DNA of 64,000 nucleotides, filler included, from an uncultured Methanosarcinales archaeon (GTDB lineage: Archaea > Nanobdellota > Nanobdellia > Woesearchaeales > CAYXTQ01): the NCBI GenBank assembly GCA_964608065.1. It is 4 parts of 4 records of this genome, joined end to end, with 100 filler letters (N's around TTAATTAATTAA, not from the genome) between each part and the next. Parts side by side here need not be neighbours in the genome. Positions count along the whole stretch, not along the records: positions 20,502 to 39,952 come from CAZSMA010000019.1; 3 more parts are not named here. One strand, given 5' to 3'. Positions 20,654 to 29,949 of the stretch are shown here, one piece after another. Made by a program: the position numbers and the translations under genes. The notes under the pieces are model-generated. The model searched no databases and was not told the origin of the DNA. It was given only the letters and a program-made list of their open reading frames with translations. Position 1 is the first letter of the stretch. Each line of letters starts with the position of its first letter.

Positions 20654-21943
20654 TCATGGTTTTCCTGTCGTTTCTGGTTTACCTTTAATCCCAATCCTTT
20701 CTTTTACTTCTTCTGGAATTTTCTCACTCACAGATGTTGGCACTTCTTCTGGGATGTTTCCTAAAGCATTCTTGTTTTTCAAAGCTTCAACAGATTTCTC
20801 TCTTGCGTTAGTTGATTTTGCCATAGCGCTTTCAATTGCTGATTTTGCTTGTTCTGGAACTTTTGCATACACTTCAGCTAAAACGTCTAGATGATGAGAA
20901 GTTGCTTTTGCTACTAATTGATCAACTGTTGTTGTATCTTTACCAAGACCTTGAGCAATTTGTGAAATTTCATTTCCAAAGTTAGCTAATTTTTCAAATT
21001 CTTCTATCTCATCCTCTACTTCTTCTATTTCATTTTCCTCTGCTTTCTCTTTTGCTCTGTTAAGTCTTGCTTCAGCAGCTTTTGAGTAAATCTCAGCAGC
21101 TTTTTCTGGTTTGTCTTCAGCTAAATTCCTTAATGTATTTCTTTGTTTTTCTAAAGAAGATGATTTTTTCTCTTTAACTTTTTCTTTTACATCATCTGAT
21201 ACTTTATCTTCAATTTCATCTAAATCAGTTATTTGTTCATTAAAATCCTCAGCAACATCTTCAGCTGCTTCAGCATCTTTTTCGGCAAGTTCCTCAGAAA
21301 GTTCTGCCATATCTTCATATTCTTCTAAAGCTTCTTCAACATCCTCACTTTCACCTGCTTCAGCTTTTTCTTTAGCTCTATTTAGCCTGCCTTTTGCTGC
21401 ATTTAAATTTATCTCAGCAGCTTTTTCTGGTTTGTCTTCTGAAAGAGCTCTTAAAGCATTTTTTTGCCCATTCATAGAAGCTTCTTTAGCTTTAATTATA
21501 GCTTCTTTTGCTTGCTCTGGAACTTTCTCTTTTACCTTATCTAGGACAGAAAGATGTTTTGATGTCGCTAATGCAATTAACTCTGTAAGCTTTGATCTAT
21601 CTTCCCTTAAAAGCTTGGCTGTTGTTGCTATTTCATTAGCTTCTTCTATATTATTATCATACTCTTCAGCTAAATCATCAGAATATTCTGGTTTTCCCTT
21701 ATCTGTCATTGCTTTTAATTCAGCCAATCTTTCAGAAGCTATTTGTAAACGTTTTTCTGCTTTTGCTGCTTTGTTAAAAGTCAAAGCTAAACCTATCCTT
21801 TCAAAAGCTTTATCTAAACCGTATAAAGCAGAATCGGGAGTAGTTCCAGCATCTGGAAGTTCTTCTTCTTGAGCAACTACAATGGCAGCTAAAAGTAATA
21901 TCATCAAAACAGATATACTAAATATTTTTTTCATTCTATACAC
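20654..21943 (-). CDS. Secreted DUF5667-domain coiled-coil protein
   Basis: Signal peptide; LPDAGTTPDSALYGLDKAFE...AEKRLQIASERLAE; internal repeat EDKPEKAAEI...RLNRAKEKAE. Confidence 0.82.
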   Translation of the reverse strand: MYRMKKIFSISVLMILLLAAIVVAQEEELPDAGTTPDSALYGLDKAFERIGLALTFNKAAKAEKRLQIASERLAELKAMTDKGKPEYSDDLAEEYDNNIEEANEIATTAKLLREDRSKLTELIALATSKHLSVLDKVKEKVPEQAKEAIIKAKEASMNGQKNALRALSEDKPEKAAEINLNAAKGRLNRAKEKAEAGESEDVEEALEEYEDMAELSEELAEKDAEAAEDVAEDFNEQITDLDEIEDKVSDDVKEKVKEKKSSSLEKQRNTLRNLAEDKPEKAAEIYSKAAEARLNRAKEKAEENEIEEVEDEIEEFEKLANFGNEISQIAQGLGKDTTTVDQLVAKATSHHLDVLAEVYAKVPEQAKSAIESAMAKSTNAREKSVEALKNKNALGNIPEEVPTSVSEKIPEEVKERIGIKGKPETTGKP

Positions 21944-22218
21944 CTCATTTTTATTATTTATTAACTATATTACATATGTTTTAGCTTCTTTTTAAATGTT
22001 TTTATTTTCTTCTCCGAATTGTAGGCAATCTACAGCAAATTCATAGTTGGTACAAGATGTTTTAAATATTTTAGTCTCAAAAATGTGGCTTATATTTCAT
22101 TAAAGTAAGAAAAAACTACGGCGACAACTGGATTTACGGCGGGTTTTCGAACTTCTTCGGAATTTTTTTCAAAAATTCCTCGACCACATTGCATTCTCCT
22201 CGCTACGCTCGTCGGGTC

Positions 22219-22376
22219 ACTTAACAGCGATTAAACGGTTCGCTCGTTGCACTTCGCTCTCCCATATTCATCCAAATTTATAATTCTAGAAAATAAATTT
22301 ACCCTAACCTGCTCGGGCTATGGTCTGCCTAGCTCCGGGTGCCACCCGTGAACATCGCTTAATCGCGATGTTAGTT
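22219..22376 (+). repeat. attC-like imperfect inverted repeat
   Basis: ACTTAAC-AGCGA-TTAAACGGTTCGC pairs with GTGAACATCGCTTAA-TCGCGAT-GTTAGTT, with extrahelical bases. Confidence 0.55.
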
Positions 22377-22425
22377 TCAATTGTGTTTAAGTTCCAATAA
22401 ATCCTTGACGAAGTCAAGACTATAT

Positions 22426-22476
22426 CATAGAAATCAAAGATTTCTAGGATGCCAAAAATCTTCGATTTTTGTGCAT
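22426..22476. repeat. Tandem-hairpin element
   Basis: cat-agaaatc/aaa/gatttct-aggatgc-caaaaatc/ttc/gatttttg-tgcat. Confidence 0.75.
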
Positions 22477-22655
22477 GTGCGAAGCACTGGGGGTCTGAGA
22501 GTTCTTTCTAATGAGCGAATGCGATACATCAAGAACAAGAAGTAAAGGGCAGTTTTCCGTTCAAAGCCGAAGGCTATTCAATAAAGTACATTAAGGGCGT
22601 TTTGAGAAGTATTTAAATAGTAGTCTAATAATGATTTAATAAAAGAGGTTAAAAA

Positions 22656-23360
22656 ATGAAAAGAATTTGCATTTTAATTCTTATTATTCTGATAAATATA
22701 TCTTTAGTTCAGGCTATTTGCGGAGATGGATTCTGTGATTTGAGCGATGAAAATTATGATTTATGTCCAGATGATTGTATTAAAGAAGAGAATTACATTG
22801 ATGATGTAGAGCAACAAAGTAGTGATAGGGGTATTGTGAGTGCTGATGGGAGTAGAATATTGCCAACGAATATGCAACGAGCATACAATGATCTCTTTTT
22901 CATAATACCATTCATCATGGTAATTATCCTCCTGCCATTACTGTTTTTCTTAAACACGAAGATCACCGGTAAAACCCTAAAAGAATATCTCTTGCCGATA
23001 AAATATTATATTTTAGGAGCGATATTAATAGCTATTTCGCAGTATGTAATCGGTTTAAATTATAACATACCCTATTTTCTAAACTTAACTCAGGCTTTAT
23101 GGGCTTTAATGATTGTTTTTTCTTTAATTAAACTAATTAAAACTTATAGAGATTTTAATATTTTAAATGTGCTGATTTTAGGAGTTCTATATTCCATCAT
23201 TATACATGGGTTAAAAGTATCTATCAGATTTTTCTTTTATTTTAAGCCTGTTTGGTACTTATTAGATAGATTTCTATATGGAAGTCTTATAGTTATGATT
23301 ATTGTTTTAATCACTGGCCCTATTTTTATATACTTAAAGAAGAAGGGAGTTAAAATATGA
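22656..23360 (+). CDS. Membrane protein with signal peptide and Cys-rich CGDGxC..E....CPxDC motif
   Basis: GAGG SD, signal peptide, CGDGFCDLSDENYDLCPDDC, about 5 TM helices. Confidence 0.8.
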   Translation: MKRICILILIILINISLVQAICGDGFCDLSDENYDLCPDDCIKEENYIDDVEQQSSDRGIVSADGSRILPTNMQRAYNDLFFIIPFIMVIILLPLLFFLNTKITGKTLKEYLLPIKYYILGAILIAISQYVIGLNYNIPYFLNLTQALWALMIVFSLIKLIKTYRDFNILNVLILGVLYSIIIHGLKVSIRFFFYFKPVWYLLDRFLYGSLIVMIIVLITGPIFIYLKKKGVKI

Positions 23361-25261
23361 AAAAAATAATTTTAATCTTAATTTTAATTTGTTTATCTAG
23401 TTTTGTTCTGGCAGAATTAAAACCATCTTATAACATACAAAAAAAATTAACAGCAGAAGAAATGAAAGATGGACCAAAACTTTATGGAAATTCTGTTTAT
23501 CCTGGTTTTGGTGTTCCATGCACTAAATTTACCTATAAGGTTATGTATCAAGATGAGAAAGGCAGAGCACCAGAATATGTAAGGATTAATTTGAATAACA
23601 AATGGTATGACTTGGAAAAAAAGAGCGGCGATTATAGAACCGGTGCACTTTATACTTACGAATATGTCCCTGCTTCTACTAAATCTAACTTTTTTTATTT
23701 TGAGGCCAGCAATGGTGTGGGAAAATCAAGGGCAGCTATTATTGACAGCCCTGACCAAGGGCCTACGCTTTATTCTGAAAAATTTGACAACAATCAAGTT
23801 ATATTATTGGACAAGGAGGGTAACGAAATCTGGACTTATGATACAGGTTATGACCAAATAGAAGGGGTATCAATCTCAAAAGATGGAAATTATGTTGCTG
23901 TTGTAACCAATCATTATGTCTATCTTTTTTCTAAAGAAAGCAATGACCCTTTATGGAAATTTTGCATGGATTGTGCTGTTCCTGAAATAATCTCTACAAA
24001 TATGGCCGGAGTAGCAATTTCTGCTGATGGCCAATTCATTGCAACCGATTTACAGAACAAGCTTTATTTTTTTAATAGAGAAAGCAATGACCCTTTATGG
24101 ATAAAAGATACAGAATCAAGCGCTCTTGGAATTGATATGTCTGATGATGGAAGCTTAATCGCTTTAGGTGTAGCTAATTTGAATGGAAAAGGAGATAAAA
24201 TCCTGGTTTATGATAAAGAAGGAAATAAGCTTTGGGAATATAGAGCAGAACATCCAGGGTATGACCAGACTGGAAATTTTTATCATCCGGATATGACCCC
24301 TGATGGAAAATATATTGCAGTTTCAACCGGATGTCCAGACAGAAGAGCTTATATTTTTTCTAAAGAAGGCAATATATTGTTCAGAAGCGAGCAACTAACT
24401 TATGACAGCCCCGTTCATAAGTCAGCAATTTCTAATGATGGGAATTTAGCTGCTTATTCTGCAGACCATAACACCGGCAAGGAAATTGTTTTTTTATTTA
24501 ACAGAGAAGGAAAAAAATTATGGAGTTTTTCTTCACAAGATGATGCTACTTCCAGAGGTGTTTCTATTTCTGCAGATGGAAAATATATCGCTGCTGGGAC
24601 TAGCGCAGGCAATATTTATTTATTTTCTAAAGATAGTAATCTGCCTTTATGGAAATTTTCTGATTCAAAAAAGCCGTTGGTTCAAATTGGAGAAGTTAAA
24701 CTAAATTCTGATGGCAGTCTGTTAGCAGCTGCAGGAACTTCAAAGAAGATATATATGTTTTCTAAAGAAAATAATAAACCTTTATGGGAATATGAAGCAA
24801 ACACATGGGTAACGAAGCTTGATTTCAATGGTGAATATCTTGTAGCTGGAACTGGTTTAAGGGAATATGGCGGTGAGGGTGCTCAGGAAGAAAAAGAATT
24901 TACCTGCACAGAAATATTTGAGCCTCCAGCGATGGAAGAAATGGAAGGGGGACAATTTGAGGAAGTAGATTCTATAGGAAAAAGCATTGAACAGCCTTCT
25001 AAAACATTGTGCGGAAACAATCTTTGTGAAAGTCCATTAGAGAATCATGATAATTGTCCGCAAGATTGCTGTCCGCCAACAGGATGTGTGGGAGATTTAA
25101 ATGGCGATATAGATGAAGAAAGTGGGGGTGATGACGAAGAAGACAGAAATGATTTAGGAGAGGAAAAAGAAAAGATAAAAGAGGAGCTAAAATCAGGAGG
25201 GATTGAAGAAAAAGGGTTTTTTGAAAAAATAATAGATTTTTTCAAGGGGTTGTTTGGATGA
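23357..25261 (+). CDS. Secreted WD40/PQQ-like beta-propeller protein
   Basis: Repeated (V/I)SISxDGxY...LF.KE...PLW blades, CGNNLC..ENHDNCPQDC, C-terminal FFEKIIDFFKGLFG; ATGA-coupled. Confidence 0.88.
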   Translation: MKKIILILILICLSSFVLAELKPSYNIQKKLTAEEMKDGPKLYGNSVYPGFGVPCTKFTYKVMYQDEKGRAPEYVRINLNNKWYDLEKKSGDYRTGALYTYEYVPASTKSNFFYFEASNGVGKSRAAIIDSPDQGPTLYSEKFDNNQVILLDKEGNEIWTYDTGYDQIEGVSISKDGNYVAVVTNHYVYLFSKESNDPLWKFCMDCAVPEIISTNMAGVAISADGQFIATDLQNKLYFFNRESNDPLWIKDTESSALGIDMSDDGSLIALGVANLNGKGDKILVYDKEGNKLWEYRAEHPGYDQTGNFYHPDMTPDGKYIAVSTGCPDRRAYIFSKEGNILFRSEQLTYDSPVHKSAISNDGNLAAYSADHNTGKEIVFLFNREGKKLWSFSSQDDATSRGVSISADGKYIAAGTSAGNIYLFSKDSNLPLWKFSDSKKPLVQIGEVKLNSDGSLLAAAGTSKKIYMFSKENNKPLWEYEANTWVTKLDFNGEYLVAGTGLREYGGEGAQEEKEFTCTEIFEPPAMEEMEGGQFEEVDSIGKSIEQPSKTLCGNNLCESPLENHDNCPQDCCPPTGCVGDLNGDIDEESGGDDEEDRNDLGEEKEKIKEELKSGGIEEKGFFEKIIDFFKGLFG

Positions 25262-26847
25262 AAAAAACAATTTTAATATTACTTTTAATCTGTTTATCTA
25301 GCTTTGTTTTTGCAGAAGACTTCTCCAACAATCACTGCCCTAACGGCATCTGTGAGTCTTTTGAAGAAACTGAAGGTAATTGCTGTGAGGATTGCGGCGA
25401 CTGTAATGAAATAACTGTTGAGACTGGAACGATGGATGTAGTTGAACCGGGTGTGATGGACGTAGAGATGGGTGTACTTAATGTTGTTGAAACGGGAGTA
25501 GTAGAGGTGGTTGATAAAGTAGAAGAAGTTGGAATAAAAGAAAAAAAGAAGAGCGTATTTGAAACTATTATTGACTTTTTTAAGAAGCTTTTTGGGGTTG
25601 CTACAGAAGGAAATCAGCCGCAAGAAAGCATTACTTCTCCAGAATTAGACAAAACCCAAGTACAGGAGGTAAAAGAATCACAAACAAGATCAGTAAATAT
25701 TGTTAAAGAATATTCTGATAAGTTAATTGACGAGAACATCAATAAGGATAAAAATGTTATAAAAGATTTTAGTGGAGAATCTGTTTGCGGTGATGGCATC
25801 TGTGATGATGATCTAGCAGAAACCCAAGAAAACTGCCCGCAAGATTGTGGTTATATCGGGGAAGTTATACTGGGGGATGATTTTGAAGAAAATTATGGCA
25901 ATATCATGGCTGAAATGAAAGATATAATTCCAGAAGTTCCTGAAGAAGAAAAGCATCTAGACATAACCGCTTTTATTACTACGTACCCTACTTGTTATTT
26001 TGATGCTGGGGGTAGTCTCGTTAATTATATGGAAGATATCAGTTATGATGAATTCATATGGTACGGGAGACCTCTTAATTTTAAATATGATACTAGATGG
26101 AATACATTAAGAACCGGAGTTGGTGGAGGAGAACTCACATTTGAGTCTTTTTACAATCTTGGATATAAATCTTATGTTGGCAGAACAGAAAAAAATTATC
26201 CCCCTACTCCAGAAAGGCTTCATATGAAGGCAAGTTATAATTTCATCTTTTTTGACACGAATGAAGAAGCGTTAGATTTTATTAAAAGATTAATGAGTGC
26301 AGATATTCCTGTAATGATTAATCTACAGATGGGAAGAACGGGAGATTATCATTTTATAAAAGGATATAACAAAACTCATATATTTATACCACCATATGTG
26401 GATCTTAAAACACACGAAAATATTTTCCCAGATGAAATGCCATTGTTTAATCAAGAAGCATATGAATGGGAAGAAACACAGGTTTTAACTTACGAAGAAT
26501 TTTTTTCTCTTTGGGAAGAAACAGGAGATAATTTTTATTGGTTTGTTAAAAATAGAGAGAGAAAAACAGAACAAGAAATGTTTCAAATCAATAAGAAAGA
26601 TGCAGAAGAAGCTTATGATAATGTACAAAAATTTATAAAAAGCTCTGATTTTGAACCATATACTAGTGATGGAGATTTAATAATTGCTACTGCTTCAGCT
26701 TCAAGATACTTAACCAAACAGGGTTATACAGAACTTGGCAAGAAATACATGGAACTTGCAACTATGTGTAACGAAAAGCAAAATCAGGATATTAATATCT
26801 ACTCTCAAACAGCTGAACTTTACAAGGAAGCAGCAGAATTGTGGTGA
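25258..26847 (+). CDS. Secreted Cys-motif protein with possible papain-like (C39/BtrH_N-like) domain
   Basis: Signal peptide, two Cys motifs, internal VFETIIDFFKKLFG, PTCYF...DIPVMINL...DYHFIKGYN. Confidence 0.7.
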   Translation: MKKTILILLLICLSSFVFAEDFSNNHCPNGICESFEETEGNCCEDCGDCNEITVETGTMDVVEPGVMDVEMGVLNVVETGVVEVVDKVEEVGIKEKKKSVFETIIDFFKKLFGVATEGNQPQESITSPELDKTQVQEVKESQTRSVNIVKEYSDKLIDENINKDKNVIKDFSGESVCGDGICDDDLAETQENCPQDCGYIGEVILGDDFEENYGNIMAEMKDIIPEVPEEEKHLDITAFITTYPTCYFDAGGSLVNYMEDISYDEFIWYGRPLNFKYDTRWNTLRTGVGGGELTFESFYNLGYKSYVGRTEKNYPPTPERLHMKASYNFIFFDTNEEALDFIKRLMSADIPVMINLQMGRTGDYHFIKGYNKTHIFIPPYVDLKTHENIFPDEMPLFNQEAYEWEETQVLTYEEFFSLWEETGDNFYWFVKNRERKTEQEMFQINKKDAEEAYDNVQKFIKSSDFEPYTSDGDLIIATASASRYLTKQGYTELGKKYMELATMCNEKQNQDINIYSQTAELYKEAAELW

Positions 26848-27063
26848 AGATAGAATTAAAAAACTGTTTGTTTCTCAAAACGCCCATTCAAAATATAAAT
26901 TTCTTTTTCGCAGAAAAAGACCATATGTGCGTAGTACTTCAGACCCCCATTTTCTTTTAGAACTTAAACACAACTCCGCGGACGCGGTTTGACCCCACGT
27001 TGTAGGGCCAAAGAATATAACAACAATTTACGCTTTATTAAAATCAATTGAAAGAGAAAGAAT

Positions 27064-27768
27064 TTATCTAACAACAAAACACAACCCTAACTTATGCTTA
27101 TTCTTCTCAATCCTTTGTTTAAGTTTCTTGCCTAATCTAGAACTAAAATTTTTACTCTTCAAAATCTTATCAATATCTGCATAGCACCCTTCTAACTCTT
27201 TCTCATCACATTGCCCAGCATATAATCCTGCAGAAGGAACTTTATTTATTATTTTATCAGGTAATTTCAATTCATTAGCCATAGCAATAACTTCAGTCTT
27301 ATACAAACTTCCAATAACTTCTATGTCACAAGCACCATCTCCATATTTTGTGAAATAACCCAATATTAACTCTGTTTTATTGCTTGTTCCAATAACCAAA
27401 GCATCATTAGAGTTAGCATAATTATACAAAATAACAGCTCTGACTCTTGCTTTAAGATTAATATCTGATAATTTATTCTGCTGCCATGGAACTCTCTTAA
27501 GTTCCTTCAAAAATTTGTTTATTTCAACAATTTTATATTGAATTTTATTTTTTTTTGCAAAATTAACAGCATCATCAACATCTTTTTTCAAAGTACATCC
27601 TTTTTCAGGCATAATCAAAGCAATAACATTATTAGAACCAATAGCTTCTGCAACTAAATAAGCAGATAAAGCAGAGTCTATCCCTCCACTTAGACCAATC
27701 ACAGCTTTTTTAAAACCATTCTTATTAAAATAATTCTTGATTCCTTTTATCAGTTTGTCAGCTTTCAT
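27064..27768 (-). CDS. nadE: NH3-dependent NAD+ synthetase
   Basis: GLSGGIDSA, NLKARVR, GTSNKTE..LGYFTKYGDG and PSAGL motifs. Confidence 0.95.
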   Translation of the reverse strand: MKADKLIKGIKNYFNKNGFKKAVIGLSGGIDSALSAYLVAEAIGSNNVIALIMPEKGCTLKKDVDDAVNFAKKNKIQYKIVEINKFLKELKRVPWQQNKLSDINLKARVRAVILYNYANSNDALVIGTSNKTELILGYFTKYGDGACDIEVIGSLYKTEVIAMANELKLPDKIINKVPSAGLYAGQCDEKELEGCYADIDKILKSKNFSSRLGKKLKQRIEKNKHKLGLCFVVR

Positions 27769-27941
27769 TGCCTTATGAGATTGCTTTAAGGTTTAAGTAT
27801 TTTGTTGTTTTAATCTCAATGATTTCTTAAGAACTTCGTTTAATCCTGATGTTATAATAAAAAAAAAAAGAAAAATATAGTTACATCTAAAATAATCAAA
27901 AAGAAAAATAAAAAAAAAAAAAATTAGAATTCTTTTTTATT

Positions 27942-28145
27942 TTATTCTTTGGATCCTGCTTTATCTACATTAACTGCTTTTGGACCTTTATCTCCTTCCT
28001 CTACATCAAATGTAACTTCATCGTTTTCACTTAAAGTTACGCCTTCCTTCAGTCCTGTTTGATGGACAAAAACTTCTTTTCCATCTTCAGCACTAATGAA
28101 TCCAAATCCTTTCATTACATTAAAAAATTTTACTGTTCCTTTCAT
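27942..28145 (-). CDS. cspA: Cold-shock protein (CSD)
   Basis: KGTVKFFN..KGFGFI..VFVH...GDKGPKAVNV. Confidence 0.95.
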   Translation of the reverse strand: MKGTVKFFNVMKGFGFISAEDGKEVFVHQTGLKEGVTLSENDEVTFDVEEGDKGPKAVNVDKAGSKE

Positions 28146-28212
28146 TTTTGTTTTAATTCCTCCTTACGAATCATTACTATTTACTGTAGGATTATTAAAT
28201 CCTTTTTAAACC

Positions 28213-28266
28213 TGTCGGAAATGCAAAGCATTTCTGAGCATGCTCAAAAACCAAAGGTTTTTGACA
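28213..28266. repeat. Tandem-hairpin element with TGTC...GACA ends
   Basis: tgtcggaaatgc/aaa/gcatttctgagca-tgctcaaaaacc/aaa/ggtttttgaca. Confidence 0.8.
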
Positions 28267-28273
28267 CTTCTAT

Positions 28274-29137
28274 TTAGAACAACCCAATCAAAACAACACC
28301 AATAACCATGATAATAGCTCCAACTAGACACTGCTTGAAATTCTTCTCTTTAAAGAACAAATAACCGAATATAACACTGAATATTGCAGAGGTCCTCTTA
28401 ACAGCAATCACATATGGAACTATAGTCAATGTTATAGCATACAATTGTGTAAGAAGTATCACAGCAAGCAAAAAACCAACTAAAAACAAGCCCTTAAAGT
28501 TCGTTTTAATCTTTTTTAATCTGTCTTTTGATTTAATTATAAGAATAGGATAAAAGATAAGGGATATTATAAAATGAAAAATAAAAGCAAAAAAAATAGG
28601 GCTAGAGTGTAATACTCCAATCTTATCAATATTAGATGTAACAGCAAAAATTATTGCAACAATTAGCATCAAAACAGATCCTTTCTCTTTAAATATTGCT
28701 TTAAATGGAGCAAAAAAACCTTTATGCAATGTCTGTATATTAAGAGTATAAGCTCCTATAACAATAAGAAATATGCCTATAGTCCCTATAAAACTTGGAG
28801 ATTCTCCTAGCATAATTGGTGAAGTTAACAACAAAAACAATGGTGTAAAATTCATAAATGGTACTGTTAGTGACAAAGGACTTACTTTTATTGCCCTCAT
28901 CTGTAAAACATTTGCTATTGATATGAGAACAAGACCTGCTGCTAAAGCAATCCAGAAAGTTGTATCAATCTTTGGAATTTTTACAAAAAATAAAGCTAAT
29001 ATAAGGAAAGGCAAACAAAAAAAAGACTGAGCCCACACAACTATATATTCGTCTACGTTTCGCAATACTTTCTTAGCTGCAACTGCCCTTAGCGCAAAAG
29101 CCAAAGCAGTTACCAAAGATAACACAAACCATAACAT
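28274..29137 (-). CDS. EamA/DMT-family transporter
   Basis: Two 5-TM repeats; SPLSLTVP, LGE and KRTSAIF..LFFKEK motifs. Confidence 0.9.
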   Translation of the reverse strand: MLWFVLSLVTALAFALRAVAAKKVLRNVDEYIVVWAQSFFCLPFLILALFFVKIPKIDTTFWIALAAGLVLISIANVLQMRAIKVSPLSLTVPFMNFTPLFLLLTSPIMLGESPSFIGTIGIFLIVIGAYTLNIQTLHKGFFAPFKAIFKEKGSVLMLIVAIIFAVTSNIDKIGVLHSSPIFFAFIFHFIISLIFYPILIIKSKDRLKKIKTNFKGLFLVGFLLAVILLTQLYAITLTIVPYVIAVKRTSAIFSVIFGYLFFKEKNFKQCLVGAIIMVIGVVLIGLF

Positions 29138-29193
29138 TTTATCATTGTTAAAACAGGTATATTTTTATACTTTACTAAAATAAAATTTCTTCA

Positions 29194-29847
29194 ATGAAAA
29201 AAATTTCAATATTTATAATAATCTTATTAATAATTAATCTGCTAATCTTAATCTATTTAGCTAACTTTAAACTGATGATATACAACAATGACTTTTACAA
29301 TAAAGAATTTAAAAAAAACAATGTCTACAATGAAGTAGAAAACGCAGATATTAAACTAAACGAAATATTATTGTTCTTTAAAGATAAAAAACAACTTGGA
29401 GATGATTTCACTGAAAACGAAAAATCACATTTACAGGATGTAAAAAACTTAATAACAGGTATTAATTACGCTATTTATGGAATATTATTAATAATCATAT
29501 CTCTGATTATGGTTTTACTCTTGATTTACAGAAAAGACTTGCACTCTTTCTTCAAGATAATTGGTTTCAGCTTTATGATAACAGGATTCAGCATATTACT
29601 GATTTCTTTAGTATTATACATATTCGCAGGAAGTTTCTCTGATTTGTTTGTTAAGTTCCACTTAATAGTGTTTCCTTGGGGTAACTGGCAGTTTCCAGAC
29701 ACAAGTATATTGATCAAAATGTTTCCAGAGCAATTCTTCTATAATTTCGCTTATAAATCAGTAGGAAACTCAATTTTTACAGCATTAATCACTACCTTTA
29801 TTGGATTGATTTCTTTCGTCCCAAACAGGAAAATAAAAAACCGATAA
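29194..29847 (+). CDS. TIGR01906/DUF1461 (Lit-like) membrane protein
   Basis: EKSHLQDVK, FVKFHLIVF..GNWQF and LIKMFPEQFF motifs. Confidence 0.85.
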   Translation: MKKISIFIIILLIINLLILIYLANFKLMIYNNDFYNKEFKKNNVYNEVENADIKLNEILLFFKDKKQLGDDFTENEKSHLQDVKNLITGINYAIYGILLIIISLIMVLLLIYRKDLHSFFKIIGFSFMITGFSILLISLVLYIFAGSFSDLFVKFHLIVFPWGNWQFPDTSILIKMFPEQFFYNFAYKSVGNSIFTALITTFIGLISFVPNRKIKNR

Positions 29848-29949
29848 ATTTAAAAATATATCTTTTACCACAATAAAGTTTAAATATGAGTTGTGTATGA
29901 AAGAATAATAACAAATCATAAGTCTATTTAAAAAAAAATAAAAACTGAG

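Larger units (their letters stand above)
22381..26973. mobile_element. Putative non-autonomous element: three genes bounded by three nested inverted-repeat blocks
   Basis: 22381-22394/26960-26973 (14 bp), 22488-22498/26939-26949 (11 bp) and 22595-22608/26872-26885 (14 bp) are perfect reverse complements in nested order; no transposase or TSD seen. Confidence 0.55.

Noticed and set aside
21111..21872. Long antisense ORFs (also 12904-13422, 30750-31178, 57858-58412, 60992-61477 and others)
   Set aside because: Ser/Phe/Leu-rich shadows of well-supported genes on the opposite strand, with no motifs of their own.
22489..22498. GGGGTCTGA resembles the start of the Tn3 terminal inverted repeat
   Set aside because: The similarity stops after 9 nt; no 38-bp IR, 5-bp TSD, transposase or resolvase.
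28059..28277. 72-aa plus-strand ORF ending SEMQSISEHAQKPKVFD
   Set aside because: Antisense to cspA and merely reads through the hairpin repeat; no SD or family motif.
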